A DNA stretch of 64,000 nt from an uncultured Bacteroidota bacterium (lineage in GTDB: Bacteria > Bacteroidota > Ignavibacteria > UBA10030 > UBA6906): contig CAVOYH010000003.1 of the NCBI GenBank assembly GCA_963700635.1, positions 480,001 to 544,000 on the forward strand, read 5' to 3'. The position numbers and the translations under genes were made by a program. Position 1 is the first letter of the stretch. The number at the start of each line of letters is the position of its first letter. Under the pieces are notes generated by a model. That model made no database searches. It saw nothing but the letters and a program-made list of their open reading frames with translations, and was not told the origin of the DNA. Below, piece by piece: positions 20,419 to 30,723 of this stretch.

Positions 20419-20447
20419 ATGGTACAAGGTTCAAGCCACATTGTCAA
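20419..20447 (-). promoter_or_regulatory. sigma-70-type promoter of the STAS-cyclase-dipeptidase operon
   Basis: Minus strand TTGACA-N17-TACCAT, about 30 nt upstream of the STAS start. Confidence 0.7.
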
Positions 20448-20533
20448 GAATGTCCGGGGATCGTCAGTTGTTTTTCTGGACTGAAGGTCGGATATTAGAG
20501 GTGCAGGCGATTCTTTCACAGGAGGAAACAAGG

Positions 20534-22795
20534 GTGCAGCGATCCGGTATCGAACCCAGAGCCACGGCAAACCCGCAGAACCCTCCAGGAGCCGGGGACG
20601 ATACAAAATCCACGCGCGATGCTGGCGGCGCGAAACCGAGCTCGACCCGTGCCAAACGCAAGAAACGGCCCAGATTCAAGGATCACACGCCCGGATCCGC
20701 CCCTTCCTCACTTGACCCTTCCCTCTTTATCAACAGAGAGCTCAGCTGGCTTGAATTTAACCAGCGGGTACTGGAAGAGGCGCACGATGAGCGTCACCCT
20801 CTTCTCGAACGCGCAAAGTTCCTGGCTATTGTAAGCTCGAATCTCGACGAATTCTTCATGATCCGCGTTGCCGCGATCAAAGAACAGGTGCTGGCAAACG
20901 TCATGGACCTTTCCCCGGATGGACACGTCCCGCTCCAGCAGCTTACCGCAATCCAGTCACGTGTAACGCTGATGTTGCAGGAGATGTCCGACTTCTTCTG
21001 GAATGACCTGTATCCGAAACTGACAGCATCCGACATCCATCTTCTCCGTATGGATCAACTCACGCCGGATGAGCATGGTGTGCTGACGGAGCTTTTTACC
21101 CGCGAGATTTTTCCTGTATTGACACCCCTCGCCTTCGATCCCGGTCATCCGTTTCCGTACATCTCCAATCTCAGTTTAAGTCTTGCGGTGGTCGTGATCG
21201 GCCCCAATGGAGAGGAACGTTTTGCACGGGTGAAAGTGCCCGATGTCCTGCCGCGTCTCGTGGCCCTCCCCGCTCCGCCCGGGGGAGGCCAGACCATGCG
21301 GTTCGTATGGATCGAGGACCTCATTGCAGAGAACCTGACCATCCTTTTCCCCGGCATGGTGGTCAAGGAGTCGTATACGTTTCGTGTCACGCGTAATGCA
21401 GACATTGAAATACAGGAAGACGAAGCGGACGATCTGCTTGCCTCGATTGAGGAGTCTATCCGGCTTCGCCGTTTCGGTTCGGTCGTCCGCGTGGGTGTGG
21501 AAAAAACCATGCCCGCACGCATCAAAGAGATCCTCCTTGAAAACCTGGAGGCAGATCCAACGGATGTGTATGAGGTCGCAAAACCGCTCGGCCTCAGCCA
21601 CCTTATGCAATTGCTCAAGATCGGGCGTCCGGACCTGAAAGACATCCCCTTTCATCCCGCCTTGCTGGTGGCCGATGAAGAAGCAGAGGACATGTTCAGC
21701 GTGATACGGCGGGGAGATGTGCTGCTCCACCATCCGTACGACTCTTTCGCACCGGTCGTGCAGTTTATTCGAAATGCAGCAACGGATCCAACCGTCCTGG
21801 CGATCAAACAGACACTCTATCGCATCGGCAAAGAATCACCGCTCGTGCCTCTGCTCATACAGGCGGCTGAAAGCGGCAAGCAGGTCGCCGTTCTCGTTGA
21901 ACTGAAGGCGCGGTTCGACGAAGAGAACAACATCGGGTGGGCCAAACAACTTGAACGCGCAGGCGTCCACGTGGTGTACGGCCTGGTCGGACTAAAAACA
22001 CATGCGAAGATGGCACTGGTGATCCGGAAAGAACCGGAAGGGCTGCGTCGGTATGTACACCTCGGGACCGGTAACTACAACCCCGTGACCGCACGTATAT
22101 ACACCGACTTGAGTTTTTTTACATGCCGGGAGGATCTTACCGGAGACGCCACCGAAGTGTTTAATTTTCTTACGGGATACTCGCAGCGGGATACGTACAG
22201 CAAGCTTGCCGTCGCTCCCGTCACACTCCGAAAACAAATCACATCGCTCATAGAGCGTGAGATTACTCACGCCCGGGCAGGCAAGCAGGGACAGATGATC
22301 CTCAGGATGAATTCCCTGACCGATGCCAAGATCATTGAATTGTTGTATTCCGCCTCACAGGCAGGCGTATGTATCGATCTTATTGTCCGCGGCATCTGCT
22401 GCCTCCGCCCGGGTATCCCGGGCGTGAGTGACAAGATCCGCGTTGTCAGTATTGTCGGACGCTTTCTGGAACACAGCCGCATCTTCTATTTTTTCAACAA
22501 CGGACAGCCGGAGCTGTATCTGAGCAGTGCCGATCTTATGGGCCGCAATCTGGACAGACGGGTCGAGCTTATGTTTCCTATCGAAGAACCCGGTCTGGTG
22601 CAACAGATCAGAGATGAAGCACTCTCCCTGGCTCTCGCCGATTGCGTGCGCGCACGGGTCCTCTCCCGGGATGGCGCCTATACACGTGTTGCTTTGCGGG
22701 ACGGCGAACCGGACATCGACAGCCAGACACAGATTGCACGGTCACGGGCGCGACTGCTGCGTCCAACCCAGATCGTGCCCAGGGAAATACCGTAA
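20534..22795 (+). CDS. ppk1: Polyphosphate kinase 1
   Basis: RELSWLEFNQRVL, ELKARFDEENNI, LKTHAK, GTGNYN and SIVGRFLEHSR motifs. Probable GTG start at 20534 after GGAGG. Confidence 0.96.
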   Translation: MQRSGIEPRATANPQNPPGAGDDTKSTRDAGGAKPSSTRAKRKKRPRFKDHTPGSAPSSLDPSLFINRELSWLEFNQRVLEEAHDERHPLLERAKFLAIVSSNLDEFFMIRVAAIKEQVLANVMDLSPDGHVPLQQLTAIQSRVTLMLQEMSDFFWNDLYPKLTASDIHLLRMDQLTPDEHGVLTELFTREIFPVLTPLAFDPGHPFPYISNLSLSLAVVVIGPNGEERFARVKVPDVLPRLVALPAPPGGGQTMRFVWIEDLIAENLTILFPGMVVKESYTFRVTRNADIEIQEDEADDLLASIEESIRLRRFGSVVRVGVEKTMPARIKEILLENLEADPTDVYEVAKPLGLSHLMQLLKIGRPDLKDIPFHPALLVADEEAEDMFSVIRRGDVLLHHPYDSFAPVVQFIRNAATDPTVLAIKQTLYRIGKESPLVPLLIQAAESGKQVAVLVELKARFDEENNIGWAKQLERAGVHVVYGLVGLKTHAKMALVIRKEPEGLRRYVHLGTGNYNPVTARIYTDLSFFTCREDLTGDATEVFNFLTGYSQRDTYSKLAVAPVTLRKQITSLIEREITHARAGKQGQMILRMNSLTDAKIIELLYSASQAGVCIDLIVRGICCLRPGIPGVSDKIRVVSIVGRFLEHSRIFYFFNNGQPELYLSSADLMGRNLDRRVELMFPIEEPGLVQQIRDEALSLALADCVRARVLSRDGAYTRVALRDGEPDIDSQTQIARSRARLLRPTQIVPREIP

Positions 22796-22850
22796 CCACT
22801 GACTTTCCGCTCACTGTTACTACTGTTCATTTCTTTCAGGAGGTCATTCT

Positions 22851-25800
22851 ATGCGATACGGCTTTCGCGTTGCCGTACTTGCCGTGCTGTTGCCAATTTT
22901 AACGCATGGCGCAGAAGAAGGCAGATTCATGCGGTTTCCCGATATACACGGCTCAACGATCGTGTTCACCTATGAAGGCGATCTCTGGTCTGTATCGGCA
23001 TCCGGTGGCACTGCAATCCGGCTGACGAATTTTCCGGGGGTCGAATATGCGGCCCGCTTTTCCCCCGACGGCGCTCAACTGGCTTTTACGGGAAGCTATG
23101 ACGGATCGTGGGCGATCTACCGTATGCCCGCGTCCGGCGGCGCCCCGATGCGGCTCACCTACATGCCCGGCGGAGCCGAATCGGTCTGCTGGACACCCGA
23201 TGGGAAACGAATCGTTTTCCGATCAAATTTTGAAAATACGGTCACCCGCGATCCGAATCTCTATTTTGTAGACACTGAAGGTAATCTCCCCGAATCCTTT
23301 CCGCTGGATCGTGGCGTCCGCTGCAGTTTCTCCGCCGACGGCAAGTCCATCCTGTATACCCGCAAAGGCTCTGAAGAATACTACTGGAAACGCTACAAAG
23401 GGGGGCGTTACCAGGACATCTGGCGCTATGATTTTCCAACCGGCACATTCACGCCAATTTCAGACTACGTCGGAAAGAACAGCTACCCGATGTGGGTCGG
23501 TGATACCATGTACTTTGTGTCCGACCGCACTACCGGGACGGCAAATTTGTACGCACAGGATCTTGCCAGCGGTCAGATTTCCACTGTTACCCAGTATGCG
23601 GACTTTGATATCATGATGCCCTCCACAGATGGCACATCCATCGTCTTCTTGTACAACGGATATCTGCACGTTCTGGATGTCTCATCCCGCTCAATACGAA
23701 GAATACGCGTCGAAATCCCGAGCGACCGGTGGGTTTCTCGCACCCGGACCATCGATGCGCGCGGGTATCTCCACAGCGCAGATGTTACCCGGGACGGCAA
23801 AACTCTCGTCCTGGAGGCGCGTGGTGATATTTACTGCACGGAGGTCGACAAGAAGGTGTCGGTAAACAACTCAGCCACCCCGGGGTCGCGGGAAATGTAT
23901 CCCACCGTGTCACCGGACGGAAACACCGTAGCCTTTTTCTCAGACAGATCCGGTGAATATCAGATTTACCTCCAACCCACGCGCGGCGGGAAGTGGTCTC
24001 AACTGACAACCTCCCTTGACCGGACTGTCTACCGCCTTGTCTGGTCACCCGACGGGTCAAAACTGCTTTTCGGCAACAAGGATTTCGCGCTGTTCGTACT
24101 GGACGTCACGACAAAAAAGATCACACAGATTGATGCTTCGAATCAACTGAAGAATGATGAATTCTACTGGGAGATAGCTGACTATGGATGGTCGCCCGAC
24201 AGCAAGTGGGTCACCTACTCTCTCGTACAGTTTAACCGGAACAGCCAGGTTTTTGTGTACTCCCTGGATCTTGCCAAACGGTATATGGTAACCGATGACT
24301 TTTTCGATAACCTGTCCCCCAGGTTCGATCCCGGGGGAAAGTATCTGTATTATCTCTCCAGCCGCAACTTCGATGTCCAGATGGATTTCTACGAGGACAA
24401 TCACGTGCTTCATTCCCCGTATCAGATTATGGCTGTTCAACTGACAGCGGGAGAAAGACCCCCGTTTGCAGATTCAGTGAGCCGGACAACACGGCGGGCA
24501 GATACCGGCTTCCGCATTGACGCCGACGGGCTGCAACAACGGACATTTCCGGTTCCGGTTCCTCCAGGCAACTACTTCCACCTACAGGCAGGGAAAGGGA
24601 AGATCCTGTGGTGCTCGGTTCCCCGGTTTGCCGATGATGAGTACGAGGAGATCTTCAAACCCGGTCGCAACACCAAGTGGGAGCTGCACATTTTCGACGT
24701 GGGGCAGAAAAAAGAAAGCATCGTCACAGAGAAGATCCGGGAATACACGCTCTCTTCAAACGGCGAACATCTTCTGACCCGACGTGACGACGACATGTAC
24801 CTGACGACGCTGGAGAAGGCATTCCAGAACAAATCCCCGGGGGACAAGATTGTGACCGGCGTCCTCTCGTATACGGTCGATACACAGGCCGAATGGAATC
24901 AGATCTTCAGTGACGCCTGGCGATGGTACAGGGATTTCTTCTACGACGAGAACATGCACGGGCGGGACTGGAAGAAGATGGGCGAGACGTACCGTTCATA
25001 TCTGCCCGACCTTTCTTCACGGGACGAGCTTAACTGGGTATTACAGCAGATGGTGGGGGAACTGTGTGTGTCGCATACGTACGTCAACGGAGGCGATATG
25101 GGCCCCGTGTCAACGCCAAAAACCCCGGTGTTTTCGGGATGGCTCGGAGCCGACCTGAAACCGGATTCCCGGACGGGTCTCTATCGCTTTGAAAAAATCT
25201 ACGGCCCCACGGAATACAATCTTAACCTTACGGCGCCGCTGGCCAGGCCCGATGTCGATGTCAGGGAAGGGCATTATCTTCTGGCGATCAACGGCGTTGA
25301 GATCCGCCCGCCGGCAGACTTTTACAGACACCTTCAGGTCACCCCCGGGCAAAAAGTCTCCATTACCGTCAACTCCACGCCTTCGCGTCAGGATGCGCGC
25401 ACGTACGATATTGAACCTATCAGGTACGAAAGTCAATTACGGTATTTCCGCTGGTTGACGGACAACATTAACTACGTCCTCAAAGCTTCCGGTGGAAAAG
25501 TGGGCTACATGCACATCAATGCAATGGGCGCAGGTGGCATCGGGGAGTTTGACAAGTTCTGGCGTGCCTTCCGGTACAAAGATGGAATACTCATTGACGT
25601 CCGGAGGAATTCCGGCGGGTGGACAGAGTATTTTCTGATCGACAAGCTCGAAAGGAAAATGATCGCTTATAATGTCCTTCGCAACATGGTCCCCTTCCGG
25701 TACCCGGGGACTGCATCCTCGGCCCACTATGTCGCGATTTCCAACGAATATAACGGGTCAGATGGCGAGGCATTTATCGAACATTTTAAAGCCCGCAAAC

Positions 25801-26093
25801 TTGGTACCGTGGTGGGGGTGCCCTCATGGGGAGGACTGGTCGGAATCGTGAACGGCCAGACGACCATCGACAATGGGACCATCCAGCAACCAAACAACGC
25901 CTTCTGGGGACGAGAAGGAAAATGGTTGGTGGAGAACCACGGGGCTGAACCGGACATATTCCAGGACAACGACCCCGCCTCGGTCATGGCTGGGAAAGAC
26001 GCCCAGCTTGACAAAGCGCTCGAAATCGTCTTGCAGCAAATCAGGGAACAGCCTTTTTCGTTCCCGCCACGCCCGGCCTATCCGAAAAAGTAG
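22851..26093 (+). CDS. Tricorn-like S41 protease (beta-propellers, PDZ, S41 domain)
   Basis: Signal peptide; PD40-like FSPDG/WSPD repeats; WKRYKGG; GELCVSHTY; DVRRNSGG; GSDGE catalytic Ser region; WGGLVG. Confidence 0.94.
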   Translation: MRYGFRVAVLAVLLPILTHGAEEGRFMRFPDIHGSTIVFTYEGDLWSVSASGGTAIRLTNFPGVEYAARFSPDGAQLAFTGSYDGSWAIYRMPASGGAPMRLTYMPGGAESVCWTPDGKRIVFRSNFENTVTRDPNLYFVDTEGNLPESFPLDRGVRCSFSADGKSILYTRKGSEEYYWKRYKGGRYQDIWRYDFPTGTFTPISDYVGKNSYPMWVGDTMYFVSDRTTGTANLYAQDLASGQISTVTQYADFDIMMPSTDGTSIVFLYNGYLHVLDVSSRSIRRIRVEIPSDRWVSRTRTIDARGYLHSADVTRDGKTLVLEARGDIYCTEVDKKVSVNNSATPGSREMYPTVSPDGNTVAFFSDRSGEYQIYLQPTRGGKWSQLTTSLDRTVYRLVWSPDGSKLLFGNKDFALFVLDVTTKKITQIDASNQLKNDEFYWEIADYGWSPDSKWVTYSLVQFNRNSQVFVYSLDLAKRYMVTDDFFDNLSPRFDPGGKYLYYLSSRNFDVQMDFYEDNHVLHSPYQIMAVQLTAGERPPFADSVSRTTRRADTGFRIDADGLQQRTFPVPVPPGNYFHLQAGKGKILWCSVPRFADDEYEEIFKPGRNTKWELHIFDVGQKKESIVTEKIREYTLSSNGEHLLTRRDDDMYLTTLEKAFQNKSPGDKIVTGVLSYTVDTQAEWNQIFSDAWRWYRDFFYDENMHGRDWKKMGETYRSYLPDLSSRDELNWVLQQMVGELCVSHTYVNGGDMGPVSTPKTPVFSGWLGADLKPDSRTGLYRFEKIYGPTEYNLNLTAPLARPDVDVREGHYLLAINGVEIRPPADFYRHLQVTPGQKVSITVNSTPSRQDARTYDIEPIRYESQLRYFRWLTDNINYVLKASGGKVGYMHINAMGAGGIGEFDKFWRAFRYKDGILIDVRRNSGGWTEYFLIDKLERKMIAYNVLRNMVPFRYPGTASSAHYVAISNEYNGSDGEAFIEHFKARKLGTVVGVPSWGGLVGIVNGQTTIDNGTIQQPNNAFWGREGKWLVENHGAEPDIFQDNDPASVMAGKDAQLDKALEIVLQQIREQPFSFPPRPAYPKK

Positions 26094-26105
26094 AACCGAA
26101 TGTGC

Positions 26106-26134
26106 TTGTTTTTTCAACAGCTTCTTGTTACGTT
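26106..26134 (+). promoter_or_regulatory. Putative sigma-70 promoter of citrate synthase
   Basis: TTGTTT-N17-TACGTT with an extended TGn element; about 120-nt leader ending in an AAGGAG RBS. Confidence 0.5.
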
Positions 26135-26259
26135 TCCAAGCGCAGCGTGCGGCAGCGTTCCCGCCCCCTACCCTGCACGGGGGCACCCCCGTTCCTTCCC
26201 GCAGAAAGCCAGCTTCGTTCCTTGTCAGTCGTACGTTCACTTACCTAAGGAGAACATCC

Positions 26260-27567
26260 ATGCATGCTCAGGGTGAAGCAAAGAAGAACACGCTCACGAT
26301 TACGGATAATCGTACCGGGAAACCGTACGAGATTCCCATCGAGAACGAGACCATCCGTGCGATCGATCTGCGTCAGATAAAGGTCAATGCGGATGATTTC
26401 GGGATGATGACCTACGATCCTGCGTTCATGAATACAGCCTCGTGCAAAAGCACGATCACCTTTATCGATGGCGACAAAGGGATTTTGCACTATCGGGGCT
26501 ATCCCATCGAACAACTGGCGGAGCAGTGCTCGTATCTGGAAGTCGCGTATCTGCTGCTCTATGGTGACCTTCCGAGCAAGACCCAACTGGCAGACTGGAC
26601 GATGCACATCACCACTCATACCTTCGTTCATGAGAATCTCAAGAAACTCATGGATGGTTTCCACCACGATGCACATCCGATGGGGATGTTCGTGAGCGGA
26701 CTGGCCGCCCTGTCTACCTTCTATCCGTCTGCCAAACACATCGAGGATAAAAAGGAACGGGAACTTGCCTTTTTCAGGCTGATTGGAAAAGCCCCGACCC
26801 TCTCCGCCTTTGCCTACCGCCACAGTGTTGGGATGCCATACGTTCATCCAGACAATGAACTTTCCTATGCGGGAAATTTTCTTAACATGATGTTCCGCAT
26901 CGCGGAACCAAAGTATCAACCGCATCCTGTTCTGGAAAAAGCTCTCGACGTCCTGTTTATTCTGCATGCAGATCACGAACAGAACTGCAGCACAAGCGCC
27001 ATGCGGGGTGTTGGAAGTTCCCATGTGGATCCCTACTGCGCCGCCGCTGCAGGAGCGGCAGCCCTGTACGGACCCCTGCATGGAGGAGCAAACGAAGCGG
27101 TGCTCCGCATGCTGGATGAGGTCGGGAGCAAAGATAAAGTTCCGGCGTTTATCAAGGAAGTAAAAGACGGCAAGGGCCGGTTGATGGGCTTTGGCCATCG
27201 TGTGTACAAGAATTACGACCCGCGTGCGTCCATTATCAAACGCCTCGCTGACCAGGTCTTTGAGGTAACCGGACGGAACGCCAAACTGGATATCGCGTTG
27301 GAACTTGAACGGATCGCATTACAGGATGAGTATTTCATCAAGAGAAAGCTCTATCCGAATGTGGACTTCTACTCCGGATTAATCTACCAGGCAATGCGGT
27401 TCCCGGTGGATCTGTTCCCGGTGCTCTTTGCGATAGGCCGTATGTCCGGTTGGCTTGCACAATGGGCAGAAATGCTGGACGATGGAGACCAGAAGATCGC
27501 CCGCCCACGCCAGGTCTATCTTGGTGCAGGCAAACGTGATGTCCCGCCTATGAAGCAGCGCGGATGA
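26260..27567 (+). CDS. gltA: Citrate synthase
   Basis: HADHEQN, GPLHGGAN, GFGHRVYK and PNVDFYSG motifs; ATG 26260 after AAGGAG. Confidence 0.96.
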   Translation: MHAQGEAKKNTLTITDNRTGKPYEIPIENETIRAIDLRQIKVNADDFGMMTYDPAFMNTASCKSTITFIDGDKGILHYRGYPIEQLAEQCSYLEVAYLLLYGDLPSKTQLADWTMHITTHTFVHENLKKLMDGFHHDAHPMGMFVSGLAALSTFYPSAKHIEDKKERELAFFRLIGKAPTLSAFAYRHSVGMPYVHPDNELSYAGNFLNMMFRIAEPKYQPHPVLEKALDVLFILHADHEQNCSTSAMRGVGSSHVDPYCAAAAGAAALYGPLHGGANEAVLRMLDEVGSKDKVPAFIKEVKDGKGRLMGFGHRVYKNYDPRASIIKRLADQVFEVTGRNAKLDIALELERIALQDEYFIKRKLYPNVDFYSGLIYQAMRFPVDLFPVLFAIGRMSGWLAQWAEMLDDGDQKIARPRQVYLGAGKRDVPPMKQRG

Positions 27568-27593
27568 TGTTCACTGCTCAGTCGCGACAGGAC

Positions 27594-27706
27594 GGGGGGA
27601 TGCAGAGTCTCCCCCTCTTCCTTTGTGGCAGGCAATAAACACCACGAGACGGGAAGTGGTCGCTGTATTATCGAAGAGAGAAGAATCCACTGGTTCTCTC
27701 TCTTCG
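27594..27706 (+). terminator. Hairpins downstream of citrate synthase (terminator/stabiliser)
   Basis: GGGGGGA/TCTCCCC stem followed by a pyrimidine tract; second stem CGAAGAGAGA (27672-81) / TCTCTCTTCG (27697-706). Confidence 0.45.
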
Positions 27707-27771
27707 TTATAGATCCGTACGCAGTGCGGTGATGCTGATTACGTTCTCCCTGCAGGAGCCTGTGAGCCCCC

Positions 27772-28920
27772 ATGCGCCAACCGCTGAACATCCTCCAAAC
27801 GTGCTTTTCCCACTCGTGGGGGGGGCTGGAGATGCAGGCTCTTGAAGTTACACGGCGACTCCATGAGCGCGGCCACAACGTTTGGCTTGCCGCACCAGAG
27901 CACACCCGCCTTTGTACAGAAGCCACCCGTCAAACGATCAACATGCTCCCGCTGAATGTCACCGGATACGCCCATCCGATCCTCACCTGGAAACTCAGCC
28001 GATTCCTCAGGGACAAGAATATTGCCATAGTACACTGCCAGCATTCACGCGATCTCGCAACCGTTGTACCCGCACAACATATCTCCGGACGTGCTTGCCC
28101 CGTTCTGCTCAGTAAACGGGTAGGATCCTACATCAGCAAACATGATCTTTTCCACCGTTATACGTACGGGCGCCTCACGCGGGTCCTTGCCATCTCTGAA
28201 GTCATCCGGCGGAACGTGATCGCAACAACCCCCATAATAGCCGAAAAGGTCATGACTTTTCATGATGCTGTCGATCTTACGCTGTTTGATCCTGCGAAGG
28301 TTGACCGCAGCGAGGCGCGGCGCACTCTGGGGATTCGTGATGCAATGATGCCTACGTTCGGCTTTGTCGGACGGTTCTCACCAGGCAAAGGACATGAGGA
28401 GCTGATCGAGGCCGTCTCCCTTTTGAAGGAACGGCAACAGGTGTTTCATCTTGTGATCGTCGGGGAAGCAAGCCATGGGGAGGAACCGTACGCCGCTTCA
28501 ATACGCGCCATGGCCCACAACCGCGGTCTTGACGAAACGGTCACGTTCCTCGGCTACCGGGCAGATATTCCTACGGTGATGGCGGGCTTTGACGCTCTGG
28601 TGTTCCCCTCACACGCAGAATCGTTCGGGGTGGTGCTGATTGAGGCGATGGCAATGAAACGCGCGGTGGTTGCAACCAACTGTGATGGCGTGTTGGACAT
28701 CGTGGTGGATGGCGAAACCGGAATCATGGTGCCGCCCAAAGACGGGCGGCGGCTTGCCGAGGGAATGGCAAAACTTCTCGGTGATTCTTCTCTTCGCGCG
28801 CGTATGGGCGAGGCAGGGAGAAAACGTGTGGAAGAGCTGTTTGACCAGAACAAACAAATAGGCAGGCTCGAAGCCCTGTACGAGAGCCTGCTTTCCGGCC
28901 GGGGAGTCACCAATCCGTAA
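27772..28920 (+). CDS. Glycosyltransferase family 4 (GT-B)
   Basis: WGGLE, VGRFSPGKG and ESFGVVLIEAMA (EX7E) motifs. Confidence 0.92.
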   Translation: MRQPLNILQTCFSHSWGGLEMQALEVTRRLHERGHNVWLAAPEHTRLCTEATRQTINMLPLNVTGYAHPILTWKLSRFLRDKNIAIVHCQHSRDLATVVPAQHISGRACPVLLSKRVGSYISKHDLFHRYTYGRLTRVLAISEVIRRNVIATTPIIAEKVMTFHDAVDLTLFDPAKVDRSEARRTLGIRDAMMPTFGFVGRFSPGKGHEELIEAVSLLKERQQVFHLVIVGEASHGEEPYAASIRAMAHNRGLDETVTFLGYRADIPTVMAGFDALVFPSHAESFGVVLIEAMAMKRAVVATNCDGVLDIVVDGETGIMVPPKDGRRLAEGMAKLLGDSSLRARMGEAGRKRVEELFDQNKQIGRLEALYESLLSGRGVTNP

Positions 28921-30706
28921 CGGCCTCCGTCTGCAGGCGACGCAGAGCGTCCGGGTCAATTCTTCCCACCGGGTACACGTTGAGCGCCTTGTCACTCCAC
29001 GGTGATCGTAGATAAAGCCAGTTGAGCCGGCGTTCCGGGCTGCGGGCAAAACTCGTATCCGAAGTGACCGCTTCAAAAAAATCGGCCCTGAGTGCGGCAT
29101 CGTGCTGCAACATGGCCTTCCCCACCGATTCCATGACGTATTCTTCCGCATACTCTTTCTGCTCGAATATCGCGTTAAAAAAACCCCAGGCGGCAAAGGA
29201 GTCACCACTCCGCGGCTCCAGAAGATGCACTGCAACGTGCGCAGATCTCTGGTTTGTGGGCACCACTACGCTGCCCGCCGGAAAACGATACATCGAGATG
29301 AATGGTGTTGTCGTGTAGGATGCCGTTTGTCGCCCTTCATACGGCCGGGAAGCAAACCGGACATTGCTGAACAGTGTTCGTTCTGTTTCCAGGGACTCTG
29401 CCCTGACGGTTCGCAGGAACGTAATGCCGTGCAGTCTCAGGACCTCCGGCACAAAACGCCATTCCGGGGGGATGATATATGCTGCGGGAATGGCAACAGA
29501 ATCCACCACGACGATCCGATCATAGAAGGGGATATCAAGTTCATACGGTTCATTGGTATAGACTACGCGCCTGCCCCCGGAAACTTCACTGGGTTCCATC
29601 CGGTGCCGGATCCCCAGAAACCGCTTCGTGGTAAACGTTGAGTCCAGCGCGTACTTCAGCGTGACAACCGGATTGTCCTCCGGCCGGTACGTCGCGCGCT
29701 CCCGGTCTGCAGACCGAACGAGGCTGCGCAGCGTCGAGGGATTGGCGCCGGCCGAGTTCACCAGCGCGCGGAGGAACTGGTACGTTGCATCCACGCGTGT
29801 ACGATATGGTTTGAGCATGTGTGTTTCGATCAACACAGACGGACGGTTGTGCAGGGCCGCATACCCCGTGGAAAACCGGGGTGGGGCAGAACCACCTCCC
29901 ATACCTTTGCTCAGATCGAGTTCCTCGCGGGGGAACACGTACCAGAATATCGGATGTCCGGACATTTCCACGGCAGAAAGTACCGGAGGGAGAAACAGGT
30001 TCTCCACCCACCGTGCAACTTGGGGGTTGATGTTGGGCCCCAGCTCTGTTGCATAGGTCACGTCGTACTGCATGTCGATCCCGTCCGTTACATGGCAATC
30101 GATGTACAGATCGGGCAGCCACTCGTTAAAGAGCCGTAGCAGCGCACGCATCTCCGGGGCATCGGCTTTCATGTAGTCGCGGTTCAGATTCAGATTTTGT
30201 GCCGTCGTCCTCCAGCCCATCTCCGCCGGCCCGTTCTGGTTAATTCTGTTAAAGGGCCCGAAGCGTTCGTGGCCGTCGACACTCAGAATCGGAATAAAGA
30301 GAACGATCACACTGTCCAGCACCGCGGCGTCGGTGTTGTGGATCAGCATGTCGCGGAGAAGCAGAAGACCCGCATCTTTACCGTCTATCTCCCCGGCATG
30401 AATGCCGGCCTGGATGAGGACAACGGCCCGGCCCGTCTTGGCGGCAGCGGACGGCGTAAAGGCTTTCTCTTTTGAGACAATCAGGAGAGGGAGAGGACGC
30501 TGCTGCGGACTCATGCCAAACGTGGTGTAGTGCGCCAGGGGCGAGGCGGCGGCAAGGCGGCGACAAAAGGTGATGGTCTCCTCGTACCGGGACGTTCGTT
30601 CACCGCCGCTCCGTTCGTACTCGGTCCGCCAGTCGTCCGGCCCTGCCGCAAACACCACTGCAGGTGAAACAAGGAGAACGCTCAGGTAAAAAACGATTGT
30701 GCTCAT
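28907..30706 (-). CDS. Secreted M14 zinc carboxypeptidase
   Basis: Signal peptide; GIHAGEIDG (HxxE), NLNRD and DCHVTDG motifs. Confidence 0.9.
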   Translation of the reverse strand: MSTIVFYLSVLLVSPAVVFAAGPDDWRTEYERSGGERTSRYEETITFCRRLAAASPLAHYTTFGMSPQQRPLPLLIVSKEKAFTPSAAAKTGRAVVLIQAGIHAGEIDGKDAGLLLLRDMLIHNTDAAVLDSVIVLFIPILSVDGHERFGPFNRINQNGPAEMGWRTTAQNLNLNRDYMKADAPEMRALLRLFNEWLPDLYIDCHVTDGIDMQYDVTYATELGPNINPQVARWVENLFLPPVLSAVEMSGHPIFWYVFPREELDLSKGMGGGSAPPRFSTGYAALHNRPSVLIETHMLKPYRTRVDATYQFLRALVNSAGANPSTLRSLVRSADRERATYRPEDNPVVTLKYALDSTFTTKRFLGIRHRMEPSEVSGGRRVVYTNEPYELDIPFYDRIVVVDSVAIPAAYIIPPEWRFVPEVLRLHGITFLRTVRAESLETERTLFSNVRFASRPYEGRQTASYTTTPFISMYRFPAGSVVVPTNQRSAHVAVHLLEPRSGDSFAAWGFFNAIFEQKEYAEEYVMESVGKAMLQHDAALRADFFEAVTSDTSFARSPERRLNWLYLRSPWSDKALNVYPVGRIDPDALRRLQTEAVTDW

Positions 30707-30723
30707 AGCGGGCAGAATAGTGG

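Noticed and set aside
20207-20533. N-terminal extension of ppk1 in the ORF track
   Set aside because: Overlaps the divergent STAS gene and its promoter; the GGAGG-led GTG at 20534 is more plausible.
25873-26259. N-terminal extension of citrate synthase in the ORF track
   Set aside because: Overlaps the tricorn gene; a clear RBS precedes ATG 26260.
26245-27198. 317-aa minus-strand ORF
   Set aside because: Antisense shadow of citrate synthase.
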